41,608 nucleotides of DNA from an uncultured Gammaproteobacteria bacterium (lineage in GTDB: Bacteria > Patescibacteriota > Patescibacteriia > UBA1558 > 2-01-FULL-52-15). Each line of letters opens with the position of its first letter. Position 1 is the stretch's first letter. A program made the translations under genes and the position numbers. The notes under the pieces are model-generated. The model did no database searches, had not been told where the DNA came from, and saw only the letters and a list, made by a program, of their open reading frames with translations. Of the stretch, positions 16,169 to 25,991 are shown piece after piece. The stretch spans positions 1 through 41,608 of the forward strand of contig CAZQTS010000002.1 of assembly GCA_964596475.1 (NCBI GenBank). Reading direction: 5' to 3'.

Positions 16169-18244
16169 ATGGAATACGTCCGTCAACTGATACTGCGCAA
16201 CGTAATCACCACAGCGCAATTGGCACTCCTCTGGCTCATTGCAGCACTATCCCTTGTCCCCTATGGTGCGAACGCTTTTCTGAAACCGCTACTTGGACTC
16301 GTGTATGGAATACTACTTGTCCAATTGTTTGCGCATCGGTTCTTTGCATACCTACGTTTCGGTCTCTCATGGCTTCTGGGCGCACTGGTTGCAATCGGTT
16401 TTTTTGCCCTTGCCGGAAGCGCGCTTTTTTACGGATACGAATTGAACTCCTTAACTCTTTCTCTACTCACCTTTCTTTGCCCTCTGCTCATGTACTTAAA
16501 AAGGGACAGCCACGCCCAACAGAGCGCGCCACATATTGCACGACCCGACTCGTCGCTGATGGTGCTTGCCGCTACCTCCGCCTACCTTCTTGTCGTTGCT
16601 GCTCTTGCGGTGCTCTTCGTGCAAGGGATCGCTCGCGAAAGCCTCGTAAGCCCCTGGCTCACCCTCTCTCCACTTGTCTTCATCGGTTTTTTCAGTCTGT
16701 GCGCGCTCACCCTCGTCCTTCTCCATCAACGCAGGTCATCGTGGCTCTATTACCTTGCCCTCTTTGCTATCGCGATCAGTGTTACCACTATAGTCTTCCC
16801 TCTGGGCAATGGCTTCGATCCTTTCATTCATCAGGCAACTGAAAAAATTTTGATTGGGACTGGCACGATACTGCCAAAGCCTCCCTACTATACAGGTTTC
16901 TACGCGCTCGTTGCGTGGCTTGCTCATTGGGGCCTGCCCTTTGATGCTGTTGATAGATTCATTTTACCCGTATCCATCGCCGCCATTCTGCCCGCAAGCG
17001 TGTATCTCACCTCTCGATACCTGTTGCAAGAAAAAAAAATGGCGCTTCTCATGCCGTTTCTGCTGCTGGTCTTTCCCTATCCTGAACTTGTGCAATCAAC
17101 GCCCCAGGGTGCATCGTTTCTGTGGTCGCTGCTCACCATTGTGCTCTCGCCTTTGTACCTCCGAACGAACCTGCTGCCCTTCTGGGTCATGATAGTGGTT
17201 GCAACAACCAGTCTCGTGTTTCATCCCTTAACCGGAATTCCAACACTCGTCTTCGGATTGTACTGCGGTATCTATAAAAAAATGCAAGATCGGAACCGGC
17301 GACTCCTGACAATCGGGTTCGTGATAACAGGAATCTTTTTAATGCCCCTCCTTTTTATATTGGCTCCGCTCTTTTCCTCATCACTGTCAGTATCTTTTAT
17401 CATCCCGGCAGCGCTCACGCTCGGATCAGTACCAACCTGGTTTCCTTTTGCCACATTAGACGATCTTCTGTATCTCTATGCGGAAAACTACCGGCTGATA
17501 TTCCTTCTCTTTGCTGTGGCGGGCCTGGTGTGGTTTGTCAGGCATGCCAGGGGTTTTTGGGTTCCCTATGTGCTGGGGTCAGTGGTGGCCTTTGCCAATT
17601 ACTTCGTCGTGAAAAATTTCTATCGTTTTAATTTTGCGACGGCATCGGAAAATGAGATTTTTGCCGACCGTTTGCTTGTGCTCGCGTTCTATTTTCTCAT
17701 TCCCCTCTGTTTTATGGGCTTCTACGCCGTGGTACGGCGGTTACGCTCTGCCCTGTACGTTCAGACCTCCCTGCTTGTCGCCCTCTGCCTGCTTGCAACA
17801 GTGCCATGGTACCTTTCCTATCCGCGCTTTGACACAAGATCCCAGTCAAAAGGATACAGCGCGTCTCGATATGACTATGAAGCAGTGCATTGGATCAATA
17901 CTGATGCGCGGGCAGACGCGTATGTGGTCCTCGCCAATCAAACGGTCTCGGCCGTCGCAGTGAAGGAATTTGGCTTCCAACGATACTATGAGGGAACTTT
18001 TTACTACCCGCTGCCGACCAATGGGTGGCTGTATCAAATGTATTTGGATCTTACTCGAAAAAAAGACCTCGCAGCCACGCTTTCGACCATTAAACAAAAA
18101 ACGGGGGTGGGAAGCGTCTATTTCGTCTTAAACAATTACTGGGACAAGGCCGCGGAGCTTGAGGCCCTCTGGGCACCCCGTGCGCAAAAATATCAGCGGA
18201 TCGGCGAGGGCAAAATCACTATCTTCAAGTTCCGATACGATTGA
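16169..18244 (+). CDS. Large polytopic membrane protein (function unknown; possible GT-C-type transferase or polymerase) with a C-terminal ~170-aa soluble domain
   Basis: The ORF is open from GTG 16130. I prefer ATG 16169 ('MEYVRQL') because a TTGTGC-16 nt-TAGGAT promoter-like pair at 16128-16155 covers the GTG. There are more than 12 hydrophobic helices. Confidence 0.5.
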   Translation: MEYVRQLILRNVITTAQLALLWLIAALSLVPYGANAFLKPLLGLVYGILLVQLFAHRFFAYLRFGLSWLLGALVAIGFFALAGSALFYGYELNSLTLSLLTFLCPLLMYLKRDSHAQQSAPHIARPDSSLMVLAATSAYLLVVAALAVLFVQGIARESLVSPWLTLSPLVFIGFFSLCALTLVLLHQRRSSWLYYLALFAIAISVTTIVFPLGNGFDPFIHQATEKILIGTGTILPKPPYYTGFYALVAWLAHWGLPFDAVDRFILPVSIAAILPASVYLTSRYLLQEKKMALLMPFLLLVFPYPELVQSTPQGASFLWSLLTIVLSPLYLRTNLLPFWVMIVVATTSLVFHPLTGIPTLVFGLYCGIYKKMQDRNRRLLTIGFVITGIFLMPLLFILAPLFSSSLSVSFIIPAALTLGSVPTWFPFATLDDLLYLYAENYRLIFLLFAVAGLVWFVRHARGFWVPYVLGSVVAFANYFVVKNFYRFNFATASENEIFADRLLVLAFYFLIPLCFMGFYAVVRRLRSALYVQTSLLVALCLLATVPWYLSYPRFDTRSQSKGYSASRYDYEAVHWINTDARADAYVVLANQTVSAVAVKEFGFQRYYEGTFYYPLPTNGWLYQMYLDLTRKKDLAATLSTIKQKTGVGSVYFVLNNYWDKAAELEALWAPRAQKYQRIGEGKITIFKFRYD

Positions 18245-19448
18245 GGAGGGTTCTCGTGTACTGGTCAATTGAAAGGTGCGCTATCGAGGCGCGTGCCTGT
18301 GCAGCGCGTAGTGAAACTTCCTGCCGCGAGCCGGCCAAACGCGTAAGCAGTTGTCCCAGCGCTGACCAATTGTCCGCCTCGAAAACCCATCCATTATAAC
18401 CATCACGAACAATTTCCTTCGCCCCGCCGATATCCGAAACGATCACGGGCACACCTGAACTCAACGCCTCGAATACGACCGTCGGCGAATTGTCATAACA
18501 AAGGGTGGGCACCACCACGATATCGGAATCGTGAAGAATCTCTCTCACGTTCGCCGGTGAAAGCCAGCCATAAAAAGATATCCTGGAGTCGGAAGCTGTT
18601 TTCTCCTTCAGTGTCGTCATCAATGGCCCCTTGCCAATGACCTTAAGCGTAAGCGGCATAGTGTGTAAGCGCAGCATAACCTCAACAAGCCCGGCAATGC
18701 CCTTCGCCTTCGAAAGGTGACCGACATACACAAGGCGCAAAGTCGGGCCGGTGAAGCCGAGCCTCGGTAAAGCCGGGCCCTGCCTTTGATCAGACGATGC
18801 AGGTGGCAGCTGAACTGGATTCGGCAACACCGCTGTCCTGATGTTTTTAAGAAAGCCGCGATCACGATAAAAATCCAGCAAGAATTGGGAAGGCGAGATG
18901 ATGAGATTGGTTTTGGAAAAAAGGAACTTCATGAGCGTGCTATAACCCAGTGCGTTCGCAAGTAATTGGGCGAACGAGGTCTCGCCTTTCACGATAAGCC
19001 CTGATGGGTTATAGAGCTGTACATCATGAAGGATATGGACATGCCTCATGCCCAAGCGACGAATGAGCCTCGGAATTAAAAAACCGATTCCCATCATATT
19101 ATGCGTGATGACTATATCAGGTTTTTCTTGCCCCAAAATTTTTTTTATAACTATGACACTGTGCACATTGAAGATGTCGAACACGTGCCAAAAAAAACGA
19201 ACCAACGGGTGAAACCGGAAACCCTGGGCGTAATGATAGAAATTCAAAGGATAGAAACGATACACCGGTACCTCCCCCGCCATCTCACGCTGCATAGTGA
19301 GTGATTTCAATGACTGGTATGGCCGGGTTGTTATGACGAAGACGCGTTGCCCGTGCTTTCGCAAGCCTTCTGCCATAGTCTGCGCCACCATCTCGGCACC
19401 GCCCACAACCAGCGGAGGGTAGAGATTTGAAATAATGCCTATGGTCAT
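18225..19448 (-). CDS. Glycosyltransferase family 4 (GT-B, GT1/GT4-type)
   Basis: 407 aa. N-terminus 'IGIISNLYPPLVVGGAEMV'. The C-terminal half has 'VVPTLCYDNSPTVVFEALSSGVPVIVSDIGGAKEIV' (EX7E-type motif region). Confidence 0.8.
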   Translation of the reverse strand: MTIGIISNLYPPLVVGGAEMVAQTMAEGLRKHGQRVFVITTRPYQSLKSLTMQREMAGEVPVYRFYPLNFYHYAQGFRFHPLVRFFWHVFDIFNVHSVIVIKKILGQEKPDIVITHNMMGIGFLIPRLIRRLGMRHVHILHDVQLYNPSGLIVKGETSFAQLLANALGYSTLMKFLFSKTNLIISPSQFLLDFYRDRGFLKNIRTAVLPNPVQLPPASSDQRQGPALPRLGFTGPTLRLVYVGHLSKAKGIAGLVEVMLRLHTMPLTLKVIGKGPLMTTLKEKTASDSRISFYGWLSPANVREILHDSDIVVVPTLCYDNSPTVVFEALSSGVPVIVSDIGGAKEIVRDGYNGWVFEADNWSALGQLLTRLAGSRQEVSLRAAQARASIAHLSIDQYTRTLLNRIGT

Positions 19449-20593
19449 CGACGTTCTCTATAGAGGGAATTCACCGCTTTGCCAACTACCTCCCAAGTGT
19501 AATGCTCAAGTACTTGGAGACGGCCTTGTTCGCCGTATCTGTTGCCGACCTGCGGGTTTTCGAGAAGATGCCGCATATATTTTGCAAGCGCCGTGATTTG
19601 TCGCGGCTTAAACAAGAGACCGGTCACGTCCTTGTGAACCACGCTCCGAAGTCCCGGTAAATCGGATACAATGACCGGCAATCCGGTCGCCATCGCCTCA
19701 AGAATCGTGAGTCCAAACGCCTCGGAGCGATCAACTGAAGGCAGCACAAACACGTCGCCCACATTGTAGTAAGCGGGCAGCCAATCGTCAGAAACCTCAC
19801 CGGCAAATACAACTTTGCGCTCAAGTCCATAATTGGTGACGAGACTTTCATAGCCGGTCTTCATCGGGCCACCGCCCACGATGAGCAGTCGATACTCGTC
19901 GTTGGAAGCAATGAGCTGAAAGGCTTTAATCAAATAATTGACGCCCTTAAAATAATGTGCGCGGTCAAGCGCGCCTACAAACAAAACGACCTTTTTATTG
20001 TGGAGATGATGTTTATCGAGCAAATCCTTATTCCTGATGCCTGGTTTAAAAACCTGCGGATTAACACCGAGGGGAATCGCGACAAATTTATCACGGTGAG
20101 CATCGTAGTAATCCTTGATCTGTGAGGCGAGTAAATAATTCATCGAGGTAACGATGATTTTATTGGCATGGTCAAGAATGCCAGGCAGGACTCGGGCAGT
20201 ATGAAATGCAAAGAGCCGCTTGAGCATGCCCTCGCCAACGACATCCATGTGATAGTGCAGTATAATATTGAGGTGCCTCACCAGGTCGCGTACGTAGAGC
20301 ATCTCTGCTCCGCCAAAAAAAGGATAATGAAAATGGACGATATCAAAATTTCTTAGCTCCCACAAAAGCTGCGGTACGAACCCGGCGTTCCCATAATAGA
20401 GCAGGGGGCGCATTCTGCGGACCGTAAAGGGAAGACTCTGGTCGATCGCAAGCCCACCCCTGCTCCGGACGGTAAAAACAGTGACCCGATTGCCGAGCTG
20501 GGACAATTCCCAGCTTAAGTGGTAGGCTGCGTTGCCGATGCCGGCCTTATAGGGCGGGAATGTCGAGACGACTTGAGCGATTTTCATCACCAA
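19445..20593 (-). CDS. Glycosyltransferase family 4
   Basis: 382 aa. 'VFVLPSVDRSEAFGLTILEAMATGLPVIVSDLPGLRSVV'. It has 4-nt and 7-nt overlaps with its neighbours. Confidence 0.8.
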   Translation of the reverse strand: MVMKIAQVVSTFPPYKAGIGNAAYHLSWELSQLGNRVTVFTVRSRGGLAIDQSLPFTVRRMRPLLYYGNAGFVPQLLWELRNFDIVHFHYPFFGGAEMLYVRDLVRHLNIILHYHMDVVGEGMLKRLFAFHTARVLPGILDHANKIIVTSMNYLLASQIKDYYDAHRDKFVAIPLGVNPQVFKPGIRNKDLLDKHHLHNKKVVLFVGALDRAHYFKGVNYLIKAFQLIASNDEYRLLIVGGGPMKTGYESLVTNYGLERKVVFAGEVSDDWLPAYYNVGDVFVLPSVDRSEAFGLTILEAMATGLPVIVSDLPGLRSVVHKDVTGLLFKPRQITALAKYMRHLLENPQVGNRYGEQGRLQVLEHYTWEVVGKAVNSLYRERR

Positions 20594-21654
20594 AAAATTA
20601 TTGTTTTTAGGAATTTAAAATAAAGATTTAAGAGCGGGTTCGCCACATACTGCAAGACGGGGTCATGGAGCGGTTGAAAATCAATGCGTCCTGAAAACAT
20701 GCGCATGATCTCCCCGTCCTTGCGGACGCGCAGCGACTGAATCCGCCCGCGATCTCTCATCAGCGCGACCAGATGCTTTGGCAAGAAAAAATAAGCGTAG
20801 GACTTGATTTTTAACGCAAGGGTTTTGCCAACCATCGCTCGAACCAGCATTCCGAACTCCATAATAAGCCAGACAGGAAGGATGAAAAGAAGAGTCAGGA
20901 GACGATAATTCTTCAGCAGTATCCAGAGCCGATTACGCTCAAAAAAATAATACTGACGCATGCCCCGGCTGAATTCATACTTATGATACACGATACTTTC
21001 CGGCACCAGCCGATTCTCCCATCCGCGGAGCAAGAATTTCCAGCCCAAGTCCAAATCCTCAAGGTACATGAACATGAAATCGTCAAAGAGGCCAACCTCG
21101 CGCACTGCCGCAACACGAAGCATCACCGCAGCACCAGAGGCGTAGTTAATGGATTGATTCACTGCCCGCATGCTCTCATCGGCAACTCCGTTATAACTGC
21201 TGTATCCGAATCCAAGATAATGGATGACATTGCCGAGCGAATTAATCTTATGCTGCTGGGGGTACAGCAAAATTTTTGGCTGTACTGACGCAACCCGGGG
21301 CTGCTGATCCATCGCGCGCACCAACGGCTCCAAGAAATTATGCGCAACAATGGTATCAGTATTGAGCAGCATAAGGTATCGGCACCCGGGCAACTCCTCC
21401 TGAATGATACGCCAGCCCAGATTATTGCCCCCGGCAAAACCGAAGTTACGCTCTGCTTGTATCAAGCGCGCCTGCGGCCAGTTTTTGCGAATGTAGTCAG
21501 ACGAACCGTCACGCGAGTCATTATCAACGATGTACAGACGTTGCTCGATGTCATCGTACTGACACGCGGCAAGGGAAGAAAGGCAATCATGGAGATAGGC
21601 AATGCCGTTGTAGTTAACGATCAGGATCGGTATGATGCTCCTTTTTTGTTCCAT
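20587..21654 (-). CDS. Glycosyltransferase family 2
   Basis: 355 aa. 'IPILIVNYNGIAYLHDCLSSL', 'YIVDNDSRDGS', 'FGFAGGNNLG' and 'LNTDT' are GT-A/GT2 hallmarks. Confidence 0.8.
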   Translation of the reverse strand: MEQKRSIIPILIVNYNGIAYLHDCLSSLAACQYDDIEQRLYIVDNDSRDGSSDYIRKNWPQARLIQAERNFGFAGGNNLGWRIIQEELPGCRYLMLLNTDTIVAHNFLEPLVRAMDQQPRVASVQPKILLYPQQHKINSLGNVIHYLGFGYSSYNGVADESMRAVNQSINYASGAAVMLRVAAVREVGLFDDFMFMYLEDLDLGWKFLLRGWENRLVPESIVYHKYEFSRGMRQYYFFERNRLWILLKNYRLLTLLFILPVWLIMEFGMLVRAMVGKTLALKIKSYAYFFLPKHLVALMRDRGRIQSLRVRKDGEIMRMFSGRIDFQPLHDPVLQYVANPLLNLYFKFLKTIIFW

Positions 21655-21967
21655 GTTTCAAAGCGAGTTCGCGCGTCAGCGCTGTCAAGTCTCGGTCAAA
21701 CTTCTCGAGCCTCAAAAATACTCGATAAAGCAAGTACATAATGACGATAATGGCTCCGTACACAATCACATCTGCGCCGCGCGTGATGCCCGTGTAGAGC
21801 GCAATCCTGCTTGCGATCTCGGGCGACCAAAAAAAGACCACCACGGCAAGCCACACCATAAACCAGCCGATGCTCGCCGCAAGCGACATCCGTCGATTCC
21901 GATAATTCTGCCAGAGACGCCACACCACTACGAGCGCAAAGAGGCTTACAATAATCTGCACTACCAT
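21614..21967 (-). CDS. Small membrane protein, DUF2304-like (typically partnered with GT2 enzymes)
   Basis: 117 aa with three hydrophobic helices and a C-terminal amphipathic tail 'RLEKFDRDLTALTRELALK'. It sits between two GT2 genes. The family assignment is from memory. Confidence 0.5.
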   Translation of the reverse strand: MVVQIIVSLFALVVVWRLWQNYRNRRMSLAASIGWFMVWLAVVVFFWSPEIASRIALYTGITRGADVIVYGAIIVIMYLLYRVFLRLEKFDRDLTALTRELALKHGTKKEHHTDPDR

Positions 21968-21968
21968 A

Positions 21969-22637
21969 TTATTTGAAGAATCGCTTGGTTAGTAAATCGA
22001 AATATACGCGCAGCCCTTCTCGCATGCCCTGCCCATACTCGTGGTACGAAATCGTAACAGGGACTTCCGTAAATCGCAAGCGATTCCGCTTAACCTCATG
22101 AATAATCTCTGACGCGTGCGCCATGCGATCCTGTCGAATCACAATACGCGTCGCGGCGTGCCGATTCATCGCACGGAAACCGTTATGCACATCGGTGAGC
22201 CGTAAACCAGTAATGAGATTCTGCAGCACGAGAGCAGGTTTATGAATCAGGAACTTCTTAGTCCACGGCACCTCGTGCTTCTGCAGATAGCGCGAACCGA
22301 TGACGATATCAGCGCGGTTCAGAAAGAGCGGACTTAACAAGCGTTCGATTTCTTCTGCCCGATGCTGACCGTCGGCGTCAAAGTGCACGATATAGAGAGC
22401 GCCGTCGCGCAACGCATACGCTGTGCCGGTGGCAAGCGCAGCGCCCATACCGCGGTTGGTTGCATGCCGGAGTGTTGGGACGAGCGACCTAGCTATGGCA
22501 AAAGTATCGTCGGTGGAACCGTCGTCGACCACAACAATCTGATACCTGCCAATCGCAAGAACCGCTTCAAGCGTTGCACGAATGAAAACTGCTTCGTTGT
22601 AGGCCGGAATGACAATATATATTTTTTCTGCGCTCAT
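21969..22637 (-). CDS. Glycosyltransferase family 2, polyprenyl-phosphate sugar synthase-like (DPM1/GtrB-like)
   Basis: 222 aa. 'IYIVIPAYNEAVFIRATLEAV', 'VVVDDGSTDDT' and 'FDADGQH' (DXD). Confidence 0.75.
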   Translation of the reverse strand: MSAEKIYIVIPAYNEAVFIRATLEAVLAIGRYQIVVVDDGSTDDTFAIARSLVPTLRHATNRGMGAALATGTAYALRDGALYIVHFDADGQHRAEEIERLLSPLFLNRADIVIGSRYLQKHEVPWTKKFLIHKPALVLQNLITGLRLTDVHNGFRAMNRHAATRIVIRQDRMAHASEIIHEVKRNRLRFTEVPVTISYHEYGQGMREGLRVYFDLLTKRFFK

Positions 22638-23785
22638 CCTCGTTTTGCTGCAAACCGTTGCAGGAGCTCCAAAGTCTTTCCGAACACAAGCTTGGGATCA
22701 AATCGCTTAAGATTGCGGAGAGCCGCCGCTGCCAAACGCCCAGCTTTATCTCGATGCTGCAAAAGATCAGTGATGCAGTCGACAATCTCGTCCGCGGCAT
22801 TGTAGCTAAAGAGGAGACCAGAGACTCCATGTTCAACAATCTCCGGATTCCCCCCCGCCCGTGAAGCGGCGACCACTACGCCATGTGCTTGCGCTTCCAG
22901 AACCGTATGCGAAAAACCCTCGTAGCCGGAGTTCAAAACAAAAAGATCGGCAGCCGAATAATAGTGCGCAAGTTCACGAGCCGCTTTTCTGCCGACCAAG
23001 AGACAGCTTGACTGCAAGTGCATCTTTTCAATTATAGTCTCGAGCAGACTGCGTTGGGGTCCGTCGCCTACGATTATCAGTTTCGCTTGCAGTCGTGAAA
23101 GAACGCGCGGCCAGAGCTTAATAAGTTCAGAAAAACCCTTCCAAGGCACCAATCTGCCAACGGATAACACCAGCGGCCCATTGATACCAGGGCGTGAACC
23201 CTCGTGCGCGTGCGCCATTGGCACCGCGTTAAAAATCACGGCAACGCTTTTTTCAGGCGCGCGCCATCCAAGCACCATCGTGCGCAGATAGGCACTGGGC
23301 ACCACCACCTGATCAGCATGTCGCACCACCCAGCGCTGAAGCAAACGAATCACCCGGATAGAGAGTGGGATCCCTTTCGAGGTACGCTGAAATGCATCAA
23401 TTGAAACAGTGCTCTTATACCGAACAACGGCTTGCTCCCACGCATAATCGCCGGTGACCTTGACGGCATAGGGCCGCGCCAAGAGGCGACTCACCAAGAA
23501 ACTCTGTATGCCACCGGCAACTGGCCCCTGCGCGTAGATGCAATCGGCACGCAACGCAAGCTTCCATAATGCAACAAGATACTTGCCATAGGTTATAAAA
23601 ACTCTGCCGCGCGGCACACGATGGACCGTATACGGAGTATCGACATCATCATGCCTTTCTGCCCCATAACAGATCACCGCGACCGTATGTCCCCGCACCG
23701 ACAAATAATCGGCAAGCGCAGCGGCATAGGTCGCCGGCCCTCCTATATCGGGCGGGAAAATCCCCGCGGCGATGACGATACGCAT
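22634..23785 (-). CDS. Glycosyltransferase family 4
   Basis: 383 aa. 'MRIVIAAGIFPPDIGGPATY' and 'LFVLNSGYEGFSHTVLEAQAHGVVVAASRAGGNPEIV'. Confidence 0.8.
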   Translation of the reverse strand: MRIVIAAGIFPPDIGGPATYAAALADYLSVRGHTVAVICYGAERHDDVDTPYTVHRVPRGRVFITYGKYLVALWKLALRADCIYAQGPVAGGIQSFLVSRLLARPYAVKVTGDYAWEQAVVRYKSTVSIDAFQRTSKGIPLSIRVIRLLQRWVVRHADQVVVPSAYLRTMVLGWRAPEKSVAVIFNAVPMAHAHEGSRPGINGPLVLSVGRLVPWKGFSELIKLWPRVLSRLQAKLIIVGDGPQRSLLETIIEKMHLQSSCLLVGRKAARELAHYYSAADLFVLNSGYEGFSHTVLEAQAHGVVVAASRAGGNPEIVEHGVSGLLFSYNAADEIVDCITDLLQHRDKAGRLAAAALRNLKRFDPKLVFGKTLELLQRFAAKRG

Positions 23786-23796
23786 AGGTCAGGGCA

Positions 23797-24846
23797 TTAC
23801 TGCGCTGGTCGTTTATACTGACTATACCGGCGGATGTCTAATCGATCAATGTAATTTGAACGGGCATACGCAATCGTCTGTTTGAGACCTTCATCGATGT
23901 TCACCAGCGGGAACCAGTTAAGTTTCTCCTTGGCGAGCGTAATATCAGGCACTGCCTGCTGGTGCGAGTACGGAATAGCCTCGGCAAACTTTATGGAAGA
24001 ACGTGAGCCGAGGATCGTTTGTATTTTTTCGGCAACATCATTATACAATACGAAATTGTCGTTACCCAGATTCACCGGAACGTTAATGTCCGAATTCATC
24101 AGGGCGATCAGCCCCTCCACCATATCCTTGACATAGCAGAGCGAGGAGCCGGTGCTCACGTCACCAGGGATCACTATGTCCTGGTTCGCGATGGCGCTTG
24201 CGATCATATCGGGGATGAATCGGCCGCTGTGCTTCATCATACGCGGACCATAGGTGGTAAAGATGCGTGCAATGCGAACATCCATTTTATAAAAATCACG
24301 ATAGGTCGACACCAGTGTTTCGGCAAAACGTTTCCCCTCATTGTAGCACGCGCGTGGCCCGATGAAATTGACCTTCCCCAAATAATTCTCATCAATGATA
24401 TTCGATTCCTCCGGAGCCCTGCCGTATACCGCCGAGGATGAAGCCAATAAATAGCGCGCCTTATATTTCCGCGCCATCTCAAGCGATATCCGCGTGCCCT
24501 GCGAATTGGCGAGTGCCGTCTCGATGGGCAGGTTCGTATAATCGTACGCCGAAGTGGGACAAGCCAGATTATAGGCTTCCTGGACACCATTAATGTGCAC
24601 CTTAAACTTCCTCAAGCCCGGTTCCTTGCTGAAGTCAATCTGTTCGGTGATGTCGTGGCGAATAAACTCGAAGTTGGGGAACTCTAACATCATTTTAATG
24701 TTCTCGACGTCGGAAGTGACGAAATCGTCGAGACAAATGACGTTATCGCCCTTTCGCAGCAGGTGTTCGCACAAATGAGAGCCAATAAAACCAGCGCCGC
24801 CCAAGACGAGGATGTTTTTTTTCTGATGCGGAATGGCTACTTCCAT
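23797..24846 (-). CDS. UDP-glucuronate decarboxylase (UDP-xylose synthase)-like SDR
   Basis: 349 aa. 'NILVLGGAGFIGSHLCEHLLRKGDNVICLDDFVTSDVENI', 'FEFIRHDITE' and 'YNEGKRFAE' (YxxxK) closely follow the UXS pattern. Confidence 0.75.
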   Translation of the reverse strand: MEVAIPHQKKNILVLGGAGFIGSHLCEHLLRKGDNVICLDDFVTSDVENIKMMLEFPNFEFIRHDITEQIDFSKEPGLRKFKVHINGVQEAYNLACPTSAYDYTNLPIETALANSQGTRISLEMARKYKARYLLASSSAVYGRAPEESNIIDENYLGKVNFIGPRACYNEGKRFAETLVSTYRDFYKMDVRIARIFTTYGPRMMKHSGRFIPDMIASAIANQDIVIPGDVSTGSSLCYVKDMVEGLIALMNSDINVPVNLGNDNFVLYNDVAEKIQTILGSRSSIKFAEAIPYSHQQAVPDITLAKEKLNWFPLVNIDEGLKQTIAYARSNYIDRLDIRRYSQYKRPAQ

Positions 24847-24868
24847 AATGGTACGTTAATACTAGCAC

Positions 24869-25576
24869 TTAATATTTTCCAAGCAAATACCAGGCGCGAA
24901 CCTTGAGAAGCTCCACAAGAGACGCGATATAGGAGGCTGGTGTCACCCGCGAGTCAACATGATTCGCCCAGCGCACCGGGGACTCATGTATCCGAAACCC
25001 GCCTCGATGCGCAAGAAAAATGAATTCAAAATCAAATCCCCATCGCTCAATTTTTTGCTTTCTGAACAACGCAGCGAGACGCGCCCGAAATAATTTAAAC
25101 CCGCATTGTGTATCAGAAAATGGCAAACCGAGCAGTAATCGAATGACGAAATTGCCCAGTCTGCCCAATGCTTTCTTGAAAGGATTCTGACTGACTGCAA
25201 CCACTGATGTCGCTAACGCGCGCGATCCCATCACCAGATCATAGTTCCTGATTTCTCCCATGAAGTGGTCAAGTTCAGTGATGGAAGTGGAATTGTCAGC
25301 GTCCATATACAGAATATAATCGCCAGCGCTTGCAAGCACGCCCATCTTTACTGCATGCCCCTTCCCCCTGTTTTTTTGGGAACGCAGGAGCTTGACGTTT
25401 TTAAAAACGGAAACAGCGGCGGCGGTTCGGTCCCTTGATCCGTCATCGACCACGATAACTTCATATGATGAAAATCTTTTTGAGAGGTAGCCAAGGACTT
25501 CCCGCAGGGTGCTCGCGATGACTCGTTCCTCATTGAATGCAGGTATGACCACAGTTAACTCCATGTCAGCGACCAA
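24869..25576 (-). CDS. Glycosyltransferase family 2, polyprenyl-phosphate glucosyl/glycosyl transferase-like (GtrB-like)
   Basis: 235 aa. 'LTVVIPAFNEERVIASTL', 'VIVVDDGSRDRT' and 'YMDADNS'. It overlaps the GtrA-family gene by 11 nt. Confidence 0.75.
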   Translation of the reverse strand: MVADMELTVVIPAFNEERVIASTLREVLGYLSKRFSSYEVIVVDDGSRDRTAAAVSVFKNVKLLRSQKNRGKGHAVKMGVLASAGDYILYMDADNSTSITELDHFMGEIRNYDLVMGSRALATSVVAVSQNPFKKALGRLGNFVIRLLLGLPFSDTQCGFKLFRARLAALFRKQKIERWGFDFEFIFLAHRGGFRIHESPVRWANHVDSRVTPASYIASLVELLKVRAWYLLGKY

Positions 25577-25991
25577 AGGTCCAAAATTTATTCATAAAAA
25601 AATTCCAAAATACCACTACTCCTATAGTGAGCACATTAGCGATGAGGTCATAGATCCCGAACCGTCGCACCAAGATATAGAGAATCGATGCAGACAGGCC
25701 GAGCGAGACAAGACTGACAATAACGAATTTGACATATTGCTCAAAGGCGGCTTCCAGCGAACGCGAACGAAACGTCCAGTATTTGTTCATCGTGAAACTG
25801 AAACAGACAGCTGCAAACCACGACACGACCTTTGCCACCATGAAATGCAAGCCGAACACGCGGGTTGCCAGTAGATACACGGTAAAATCGATAATTGAAT
25901 TGCCGGTTCCGACAATGCTGAATTTGGTAAACTGCCTGTAGTGAGGCGGCACGATGCTTACGATGAGCTGTTTTAAATTCATGATGATCAT
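25566..25991 (-). CDS. GtrA-family membrane protein (polyprenyl-phosphate-sugar translocation associated)
   Basis: 141 aa. 'FTKFSIVGTGNSIIDFTVYLL' and 'FSFTMNKYWTFR...FWNFFMNKFWTF' are the duplicated GtrA signatures. It has four TM helices. Confidence 0.8.
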   Translation of the reverse strand: MIIMNLKQLIVSIVPPHYRQFTKFSIVGTGNSIIDFTVYLLATRVFGLHFMVAKVVSWFAAVCFSFTMNKYWTFRSRSLEAAFEQYVKFVIVSLVSLGLSASILYILVRRFGIYDLIANVLTIGVVVFWNFFMNKFWTFGR

